DNA of 64,000 nucleotides from Piedraia hortae CBS 480.64 (Eukaryota): NCBI GenBank assembly GCA_010093745.1, contig MU005986.1, positions 124,001 to 188,000 of the forward strand, read 5' to 3'. Shown piece by piece: positions 55,507 to 64,000 of this stretch (position 1 is its first letter; each line of letters starts with the position of its first letter). The notes under the pieces were generated by a model. It saw only the letters and a program-made list of their open reading frames with translations, ran no database searches and was not told where the DNA came from. The position numbers and the translations under genes were made by a program.

Positions 55507-58500
55507 ATGCAAGACGGCCCCGACGATTCGTCCATAAAGCCCGTGTCTTCGTTGCGCTCGCGCTTCGAGAATCTGGGCAAGGATGGACCGCCCCTGGCCG
55601 TGAAGCCGCGCCAAGCCTCGACACATATTCCAAAGCCTACAGATGGGATCAGGAGCAGCCACGGCCTGTCCGTTGATCCTTCTAGTGGATCGCCTCAGCC
55701 AAGTCCCAGGCTGCATCTGCAACCAGTCATTTCTACCGCCGCAACGCCCAAGGTCTCTCCCTCAGTCGTAGATCCCCCGACGCATTCGTTACCCAGTCCC
55801 ATTCCTCCACGACCGCTAAAGTCTGCCATTGAGCTCACCAAGAAAACGCCTTTGCGCACTACCAACAGTGTCGAACCTTTAGCGCCCGAAACGTCCAATC
55901 ATGCTCCTAGTGGAGTAGATCCCGTTAAGCCTTTACCCTTTCAGCAGCCAGTCAAGGCAACGCAAAGTCATCCTCCTGCCAAAATTCCTCCGCCTGTGAA
56001 CCGCACTGCCAAGCCATGTTTGTCGGTCAAACCAGCAGGAGCGGCGCAGAACAGCTTGGTTCCGCCCGAGCCCAACGTTGCAGACATAACGGATGCCAGC
56101 GTATCGCCCTTTAGCACCCCACCAAGTAGTAGCCATACTTCGCCTGAACGCATCCAACCGGCCCGGAGGAACCATCCCAGCCATCATGCTCGCAATCAGT
56201 CTGAAGTCCCCTTTGCTGAGAGGATGCGGCGTCATACTGGGGCATCGACACCAGAAAGCCGGTTACGTGCAGGATCGGATGCTTCTTGGGTTCAGCGTTT
56301 GCGTGGTGATTCGGACTCGTCTACCGCTTCGGAAGCCGCGTCTGTCATAGAATTCACCCAGTCTCCTACAGATGTGTTTGCCGGTCAATCTACCAATGAA
56401 TCACCCAGCCGAAAGGTGCAAAGTGTGCCTTCGCCTGTCGCCCGATTCCAGGCCCAGCAGGCATCGCGGCCTATGCCCCAAGATAGAATGCCTGCCAGGC
56501 CTGAGTTGCAAGCTAGAACCCGAAATAATAGCCCTCCCAAAGCTACTTCAGGAAGAATCAGCCCATCCAAGCTTTCTCAGCAGATTTTCCCCCATGGTCC
56601 CAAACGAGCCATTATACCAAACGCTCCTGAGCGTCCTCTGCGTATTCCTGCCACGAATCCCGTGCAGCGTTCTGGAACTGCCATAGACCAATCTTTACGA
56701 CGGTCCTCGTCTCCAAGCACTGGCAGAGCTCCCCCTGTAGTTCCCGCGCCAAGGCGTTCAATGGACATGAGACGGCCTCAGACACACCTCCCAACCAGCA
56801 ACATCCAGGATGAGATTGACAATGCCGTGTTATTAGAGCAGCCAGGATCCCAGCTGACAGATTATCCCGACTCTTCTCAGGCAAACCGCCGTCCTCCCCG
56901 GTATAAACAGCGTCCGTGGCAGATACCCACCGATTACGACCCTCGACTTGTGGCGCTATGTGGTGAATATGTTGCTACTTCAGGACACATTACTAGAGCC
57001 TGGAGGATCCTCACAGGAGAGGTCGTGTGCAGCATGCCTCACAGTGAAAACCTTAAAGTAACAGCACTCGCTTTCAAGCCTGGGGTCAGCGTAAAAGACG
57101 ATGGCCAACGTCTTTGGATTGGCACAAATACTGGCGAGCTTCACGAGATTGACATTCCCACAAATAGCCTCGTCAATAGTAAGCTAAACGCACATAAACG
57201 GGAGGTCATCAAAATCTTTCGAAGGGCTGCCGAGCTCTGGACGCTGGATGATGGAGGGGAGCTGAATGTGTGGAGGCCGACCCAGACCGGAGTGCCCGAG
57301 CTGGATGCACAATGCGTCAATTTCCGCACACCACGTGGACATACGTTTTCCATGGTCGTTGGCAAGTATCTCTGGATAGCTACTGGCAAAGACTTGAGAG
57401 TGTTCAATCCAGCTGCCCACACCGATACAGAATTCCAGGTCCTTCGCGGTGGACTCTCCCAGCCAGGAGTCGGCGATGTTACTTCTGGTGCCATGCTCAG
57501 CCACCAGCCGGATCTCGTCTACTTTGGACATTCCGATGGCAAGGTCAGCATATATAACTACCACGACTATTCCTGTCTGGGAGTCGTGGCTGCCAGTGTC
57601 TACAAGCTAAGCACACTGATGGGCGTCGGAGAATACCTTTGGGCTGGCTTCTATACTGGCATGATTTATATTTTTGACACATCCACTACGCCTTGGAAGG
57701 CTCTGAAGGATTGGGATGCTCATGACAAGAAGCAACTTCACGGCATCGTGGCTGATCATTCGACTCTGTGGAATATAGATCGACTGCCGGTTGTGTCTCT
57801 TGGTGCGGACAGCATGCTTCGCATCTGGGATGGATTGCTAGAGGAAGACTGGCTAGACGCTCGCATGCATTACCATGATGCCGAGTATTGCACATTCCGC
57901 GAGATCTCGGCGTCTGTCATGACGTGGAACGCCGGGGCATCAAAACCTCGAGATCTGGAGCAGGATAAGCAAGATAACAATTTCTTCCGAGAGTATATAG
58001 GTGCGCAGGGCGCGCCGGATATATTCGTTTTTGCCTTTCAGGAGCTGGTGGACCTGGAAGATAAGAAGACGACGGCCAAGGCGCTGTTTAAGAGCAAGAA
58101 AAAGATGGAAGGGACTGCGCAGGAACGCATGAGTCATCAATACCGAGCGTGGCGAGATCACTTGACCAAGTGTCTATGCCAATACCTTCCTGCCAAGCAT
58201 TCCTATTCTCTGCTGCATACGGCCAGCCTGGTTGGGCTTTTTACCTGCATCTTCATCAAGGCGTCGGAGCACAGTAGGGTCGAGCACATTGATACGGCTC
58301 AGGTCAAACGCGGCATGGGCGGCTATCACGGCAACAAGGGTGCGTTGATCGTGCGCATGGTCCTTGATGATAGCAGTTTATGCTTCATCAATTGCCATCT
58401 CGCGGCGGGACAGACGCAGACGGTGCATCGCAATAACGACATTGCGGCCATCCTCGAAGCCGAAGCCTTGCCGTCCTACCCGTTGAATCAGAACCGTCAC

Positions 58501-59104
58501 GCAAAACACGCAGATGTGTTTCCCTCGGGTGGCGATGGCGCAATAATACAGGACCACGAGATTTGCATTCTAAACGGCGATCTCAACTACCGCATCGACA
58601 CCATGAGCCGCGACACGGTCGTCAAGCATGTTCACGCCAACAACCTTGCGCGACTCCTAGAACGTGACCAGCTGCTGCTGAGTAGGAAGAGAAATCCCGC
58701 CTTCCGTCTGCGGGCTTTCCAGGAGAGCCCCATTACCTTTGCGCCAACGTATAAGTACAATGTTCATTCGGACGAGTACGATACGTCGGAGAAGAAAAGG
58801 GCGCCGGCGTGGTGCGATCGCATCCTTTACAGGGGCAAGGGCAAGGTGATGATGGAGGAGTATAGGCGCTGGGAGGTCAGAGCCAGCGACCATCGACCGG
58901 TAACGGGTCGACTGCGGATCAGGCTGAAGACGGTAGACGGGAACAAGCGGATGCACGTCCGTGAGATCTGTGAGGGGGAGTTTGTGGCCATGAGAGCCAG
59001 GATAACCGAGGGTTTGAAGTGAGTTTGTGGCTACACTTTGGTCAATCAATGATGCTAACTATCTCAGGCGCCAGTACAAGGTCCACGTCCTTGGCCTTTC
59101 TTAG
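55507..59104 (+). CDS. Inositol polyphosphate 5-phosphatase with Pro-rich N-terminus and WD40-like region; intron 59019-59067
   Basis: TWNAG, FQELV, GNKG, NCHLAAG, GDLNYRI, PTYKY, PAWCDRIL, SDHRPV. Confidence 0.92.
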
Positions 59105-59158
59105 CTGATGAGCAACGATGGGTAGCTAATCAGGGTAATTCGAAAAGCTATCAACAAT

Positions 59159-59713
59159 TCATTCAGGCATCGTCATCTTCTTGTCATTGCACTCGCCCAC
59201 ATCCAGAGCTACCAAGAACCGACTAACCATGTTGTATGACGCAACAGTAATGGCCAATTCCATGACCTGCTGGTCCGAAAACCTCTTCTTCAACTCCTCC
59301 ACTACGTCCTCATCAACAGAGATTTGTTTCGTGCTCTGCTCTGCATACTTTAACACCAACTTCTCCTCCTCAGATAGTGGACCGCCGTGGATATTCCCGT
59401 ACAGTACTGCCTCCAAGCTATCCCGCGAGATTCCCGCCTTCAAAGCAAGAGGGGAATGAGAAGTCCATTCATACGTAGCGCGGTTCAGCACGGCAATACG
59501 GCAAATTGCCAGCTCTGCAAGGCCCTGGGGAAAGGACGAGCGGGTGCGAATAGCACCCAGCAAGGCATTGTACCCATCTGCGATCTCAGGATTGTGCAGC
59601 ATTGCCCGGTCAAGCGGGATCAGCGGTCTCGGCGCCCGACGAGCTCTGATACGCTCGTACACGGCTTCATACTTGGAATCCGTAGCAGACTCGGGCGCGT
59701 AGGGGATTCGCAT
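59159..59713 (-). CDS. AhpD-like / carboxymuconolactone decarboxylase family protein
   Basis: LAELAICRIAVLN..YEW..H, ELAITVASYNMVSRFL. Confidence 0.85.
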   Translation of the reverse strand: MRIPYAPESATDSKYEAVYERIRARRAPRPLIPLDRAMLHNPEIADGYNALLGAIRTRSSFPQGLAELAICRIAVLNRATYEWTSHSPLALKAGISRDSLEAVLYGNIHGGPLSEEEKLVLKYAEQSTKQISVDEDVVEELKKRFSDQQVMELAITVASYNMVSRFLVALDVGECNDKKMTMPE

Positions 59714-59757
59714 CTTTGGTGACGTCCGTCCGCGCACCCCGCTATTTCACATGTCAT

Positions 59758-59767
59758 ATTACGTAAT
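59758..59767. promoter_or_regulatory. Palindromic bZIP-type site ATTACGTAAT in the AhpD-like/CYP51 divergent promoter
   Basis: Perfect 10-bp palindrome containing TTACGTAA, a known Pap1/Yap-class bZIP element. Confidence 0.4.
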
Positions 59768-59835
59768 CGTGTGCAGTGTACCTGTCAGTGTCACGCCAAG
59801 GCACCGGAATTTTTGACGTACGGCGACGTGGGACA

Positions 59836-61446
59836 ATGGGTCTCATCCAGGAAGCCGCCTCTACGAGGCCGGCAGCGGCAGCGTCAACGCCATTTGGCCT
59901 GGTGATTTCCTTCTTTATCCTCGTCACAGCCGTCATCCTACTCAATGTCCTGCGCCAACTGCTCTTTCGCAACCCTTCTGAACCTCCGGTTGTGTTTCAT
60001 CTTGTCCCGTTTATTGGGAGCACTATCTCCTATGGGATCGATCCTTATGCGTTTTTCTTCTCGTGCAGGGAGAAATATGGGGATGTGTTTACGTTTATCC
60101 TCTTGGGAAAGAAGACAACTGTTTGTTTGGGCACGAAGGGGAACGATCTGATCTTGAATGCGAAGCTCAAGGACGTTAACGCGGAGGAGATATACAGTCC
60201 CCTTACAACCCCTGTGTTTGGCAAAGATGTGGTATACGACTGTCCCAACGCCAAGCTGATGGAGCAGAAGAAATTTGTCAAATTCGGACTCACTTCCTCT
60301 GCTTTGCAAAGCTACGTGACGCTCATCACGCAAGAAGTTCTAAACTTCTTCTCCCCCAAATCCCAAAAATTCGCCGGCTCTTCCGGGACAATGGACGTCC
60401 CACCCACTTTCGCCGAACTGACAATCTACACCGCCAGCCGCTCCCTCCAGGGGAAAGAAATCCGCGAAAAATTCGACTCCAGTTTCGCCGGCCTCTACCA
60501 CGACCTCGACATGGGATTCACCCCCATCAACTTCATGCTCAGCTGGTTTCCCTTGCCCCAAAACCGCAAACGCGACGCCGCGCAGAAGAAAATGTCTGAC
60601 ACCTATATGAGCATCATCAAATCGCGCCGCGAAAGCGGCGACCAAACCCGCGAGGAAGACATGATCTGGAACCTAATGAACAGCACGTATAAAGACGGAA
60701 CCCCCGTCCCTGACCGCGAAGTCGCACACATGATGATCGCCCTCCTAATGGCCGGTCAACACAGCTCCTCATCGACCTCATCCTGGATCTTCATCCGTCT
60801 CGCCACACGGCCAGATATCCAGGACGAACTCCTAGAAGAGCAGCGTCGCGTTCTCGGCACCAACGCCTCGGGCAAACTCAACGACCTCACCTACGAAAGT
60901 TTGTCAAAACTCCCCCTCCACGCGCAGGTTGTGAAAGAGACGCTACGCATTCATGCACCGATCCACTCCATCCTCCGAAAGGTGAAACAACCCCTCCCCG
61001 TCCCGGAAACGGGATATGTCATCCCAACGACGCACACAGTCCTCGCCACGCCCGGCGTATCCGCCCGCTCGGAGACTTACTTCCCCGAACCCCTCCTTTG
61101 GGAACCGCATAGGTGGGACGAAGTCCCGCTACAAAAGTACGAACATCTCCATCCAGCGTATAAGCTTGATTCGACGGATGAGAAAGTTGATTATGGGTAC
61201 GGCGTTGTATCGAAGGGTACGGCGTCGCCGTACCTCCCCTTCGGCGCGGGCAGGCATAGGTGTATTGGTGAGCAGTTTGCGTATGTTCAGCTGCAGACTG
61301 TGCTTGCGGTGCTCATCAGGGAGATGAGGTTCAAAAGTGAGGGGGGTGTCGTGGGGACGGATTATTCGAGTTTGTTTAGTCAGCCGTGTAGACCGGCGGT
61401 GGTAAAATGGGAGAGGAGGGAGGGTTCATCGTTGGGGGTGGACTGA
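59836..61446 (+). CDS. CYP51: Sterol 14-alpha demethylase (CYP51B-type), intronless
   Basis: [47 protein letters not shown] heme motif; ATG at 59836. Confidence 0.97.
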   Translation: MGLIQEAASTRPAAAASTPFGLVISFFILVTAVILLNVLRQLLFRNPSEPPVVFHLVPFIGSTISYGIDPYAFFFSCREKYGDVFTFILLGKKTTVCLGTKGNDLILNAKLKDVNAEEIYSPLTTPVFGKDVVYDCPNAKLMEQKKFVKFGLTSSALQSYVTLITQEVLNFFSPKSQKFAGSSGTMDVPPTFAELTIYTASRSLQGKEIREKFDSSFAGLYHDLDMGFTPINFMLSWFPLPQNRKRDAAQKKMSDTYMSIIKSRRESGDQTREEDMIWNLMNSTYKDGTPVPDREVAHMMIALLMAGQHSSSSTSSWIFIRLATRPDIQDELLEEQRRVLGTNASGKLNDLTYESLSKLPLHAQVVKETLRIHAPIHSILRKVKQPLPVPETGYVIPTTHTVLATPGVSARSETYFPEPLLWEPHRWDEVPLQKYEHLHPAYKLDSTDEKVDYGYGVVSKGTASPYLPFGAGRHRCIGEQFAYVQLQTVLAVLIREMRFKSEGGVVGTDYSSLFSQPCRPAVVKWERREGSSLGVD

Positions 61447-61575
61447 GACTTACTAATCATGGATCGCCTTGGTTTGGGGTGATACATCCCTGCAGTTTGG
61501 TATGGAACTGCGAAGCAATAGTATAGTTTATATGCGTGCTCTATCCCTACACCTCAGATCTGGGCTCCCATGGAC

Positions 61576-61821
61576 CTATCCCGGGGTACCCCTCCCCCGG
61601 TAGCGATATCTGTAAAGCCATGTAGCGGCGTACGCACTCACCAGCCCCAGGCCGAAGGTATATTTATCTAGTTTTCTTGGTGGGGCGAGGATCAACGCTG
61701 GCGCAGCGAGGAGGGTGAATTGCGCGATGCGGGTTTGGTAGAGTTCTGAGATGGGGGGTGTTTCCTGCTTGGGGGAGGGATCGCCCGAGGTTTGGGGTTG
61801 GGAGTGCTGTTGGAGGGACAT
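61576..61821 (-). CDS. Small membrane protein with PPRKLD.YT motif
   Basis: LAAPALILAPPRKLDKYTFGLG flanked by hydrophobic segments; recalled as a conserved uncharacterised fungal motif. Confidence 0.5.
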   Translation of the reverse strand: MSLQQHSQPQTSGDPSPKQETPPISELYQTRIAQFTLLAAPALILAPPRKLDKYTFGLGLVSAYAATWLYRYRYRGRGTPG

Positions 61822-62291
61822 TGTTATCTCCCTGTGGCTGAGGGCTTTGAAGAAGATGAGGTTGTGTAGCCCCGCGAGCGCTGAGGGTTGAGGACGGCGC
61901 TTGGTGTAGGATGTTTGTACCTTCTCCGGCGACCCTAGATATGGGTTGGTTCTTGCGCTGGTTGTGTAGCTGTGCGTGCAAGGCTCCGCTGCCCGTTAAC
62001 GCAGATGGCGGGGATATGTTGCTTCGCGGGCGAACTTGGAGGATCGAAAATAAGTTTGGCTGCTGCGCGGAAGACACGTAGCTTCGCAAGCGACCCTGGA
62101 TATGTGTTTATCCTTTTGCTGATGGTATGTAGCTTTGCAACTTGGTTCTGGTTCCCTAGTTCCGAGTGTTGAACGCGTACTTACAGCTATCGTGCAACGC
62201 GAAAGAGACGAGGTGCGGTCGTTCGCCGAACCAGGGTCATCTTCCCTCCCATAGATATATACATATTGCCCAATCATACCTGCATGAATAA

Positions 62292-62394
62292 GGCAACGTA
62301 GCAAAGTGGTTAATGCGATTGACTCGAATTTCTGAAACAGAAATTAAGTAATCAATTCCCTTCGGGGGCGTAGGTTCGAATCCTGCCGTTGTCG
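62292..62394 (+). tRNA. tRNA-Ser(CGA) with 22-nt intron 62329-62350
   Basis: Acceptor GGCAACG/CGTTGTC, discriminator G, anticodon stem ATTGA/TCAAT around CT-CGA-A, long variable arm CCCTTCGGGG, GGTTCGAATCC T-loop. Confidence 0.95.
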
Positions 62395-62395
62395 G

Positions 62396-62405
62396 TTTTT
62401 TTTTT
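62396..62405 (+). terminator. RNA polymerase III oligo-T terminator
   Basis: T10 immediately after the tRNA. Confidence 0.85.
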
Positions 62406-63868
62406 CTACGCACAGGAGTTTCGTTTTCGTTTTAAAATGACAGGAGATGGGAAATTGACAGATGTTGGAGGATGGGGGGATATGGACCTCGGGTTACAAT
62501 TCAAATATGTGGAAGTGATCACCGAGTCTTAGCTATCGCTTTTTGAAAGTGCAGGGTTCAACTCCAGGGAGTGCTCAAATCCTCCATCCTTTTGCTTGAT
62601 TGAATGGGGTTTCTTCTTTGCTTGGTTTTCGAGGGCGAAAAATTTCATTGCCGAGCGTGGTGTGTGGGAAATTGTGTGATAATGGTTGGGTTGTTGGACA
62701 CTTGAGTTGAAATACAAAGAATTTGGAGGTTGCCAGATTCGTTAAAGGTGGAGGTGTCAATGGCTGGGCAAATTGCAGTGTGAGGAAGAAGTGAAGTAGG
62801 GCGTGGTTGCCACGTTCGCTCTACATGCACTAATGATGTTGATGAGCAGGATTGATCTTAGGTTATTGTGGTGGGATTCTTGTGGGTTATTGATGGGGCG
62901 AGGGTTAGCAGCTCTACTAATGGGGAAGCTAGAGGAAAAGCGTAAAGATTTAGGTCAAAACCATGAAGTTGAGCTTGTGTGTTGTGATGTGCTGCAGGAG
63001 GGAGGGCGGGTTGATAACATTGGAGATTTATCGTAGGGCCCTGCTCACTGGGGTGTCGAAGGTTTCGCTGCCTCGAGTGTTGGGTCTAATTAACGGGGTG
63101 GGATGTCCGATCTGCTGCTCTCTGCGGTCTGGATAACTTCCGTTTGACAGAATCTGTCAGTGGTGTGACTTTGGCAAGTTGGCGATGCATTTATTTCCAT
63201 GTTTCAATTTTGATTTTGATCTATGGGACAATTGCTGTTGAGTGCTTGTTAATTTGCACCGGTTGGTTTTTCGCCTTTTGGGCCGAATCGGGGAGTCGAC
63301 TTCTGCTCGGTCCTTGTTGATTTACATCTTTTCAATATGGGTCCCGCTGATTGATTCGACCGGTTTATGTAAGAGTCTTCATGTTGGTTTTGAAGATAAC
63401 TCAATATCGGAGATGTATTGACAATGTTCGATCAAGGAGGGGTATTCCGATTGATCAGTAGGTGTGGGATTGGCTGCCAAGAAGTGGGGCTGTGGACTGC
63501 CAAGCACTGCTAACCAGTAGCGCATCTTATGCGAAAACACAAACCTGGAATTCAATGAACGGTCTTCGGTGACTTCTGTCCTACTCAAAACACAGAACGG
63601 ACCCTACGCGGTAGGCATAAGTAGATGTGTTTATCCATCCCAGTTCGTATCTCAGAACCTTGAAAGGAACGAATATGTGAACAGAAAACCTTACTCCTTT
63701 CTAGTTTATCCGAACAACAATCTAAATCAAAACACCCGAAGCCCCAAAAGTAAACGAACTAACCCAGTCCATCTATCCACATTAAGCCCCATCCAATCCA
63801 AATGTACACACCCATATCTTGCCTCCTCCCCTCCTCTCCAAATGCACACACTCCCTCACACCCCCTGT

Positions 63869-64000
63869 CTAATCCCCCTTCAACCCTTCCCTAACCCCCT
63901 CCCTCACCGCCTCTTTAACCAAGACCCTCAACTCCTCAACCCCAATCACCACCATCCCCACCGAAGGGGGTCCAGGGGGTCCCGGGAGCGCAGCGGGCAA
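63869..64000 (-). CDS. 3' end of a gene running off the window
   Basis: Open frame ...PGTPWTPSVGMVVIGVEELRVLVKEAVREGVREGLKGD* with the G-rich 3' bias seen in other genes here. Confidence 0.4.
   Translation of the reverse strand: MPAALPGPPGPPSVGMVVIGVEELRVLVKEAVREGVREGLKGD

Noticed and set aside
63170..63210. Short similarity to 40336-40375 (TTGGCGATGCA...TCCATGTTTCA)
   Set aside because: Two ~11-bp matches with different spacing; could reflect a decayed family but too short to call
1..64000. The many short overlapping ORFs in the six-frame track (e.g. 3970-4737, 26316-27077, 54700-55482)
   Set aside because: They are antisense or off-frame shadows of well-supported genes, many start at GTG/TTG, and none shows recognisable motifs
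1..64000. CRISPR arrays, rRNA genes, prophage or bacterial operons
   Set aside because: No regularly spaced repeats or rRNA motifs; spliceosomal introns and gene content show the DNA is fungal

Overview
Eukaryotic (fungal, filamentous-ascomycete-like) DNA with a very compact layout: about 30 protein-coding genes, many intergenic gaps under 200 bp, short 43-62 nt introns, and several long intronless genes. Conserved genes include FMP27/Hobbit, CSN5, an Xdj1-like DnaJ, MSE1, MRPL35, YML6, URM1, ELP2, two Zn2Cys6 factors, YAH1, UGO1, OXA1, MIM1, SHP1, a Ulp2-like protease, a class II eIF4E, a Sid1-like kinase, GLC8, SDH3, a CHY finger, an inositol 5-phosphatase, an AhpD-like gene, CYP51 and an intron-containing tRNA-Ser(CGA). 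The main discovery is a ~6.6 kb accessory island (11.9-18.5 kb) that the ORF track only partly captures. It carries three copies of a three-exon CS-alpha-beta defensin gene (plectasin/eurocin-like). Two are intact and encode 40-aa mature peptides differing at one residue. The third is inverted, divergent and pseudogenised. Each copy keeps a homologous ~350 bp upstream block, and a copper amine oxidase relic lies between copies 2 and 3. Other points of interest are functionally coherent head-to-head pairs (URM1/ELP2, MRPL35/YML6), a dense run of mitochondrial biogenesis genes, and strong within-gene C-to-G strand skew. All calls come from manual reading and motif recognition; no database searches were run.
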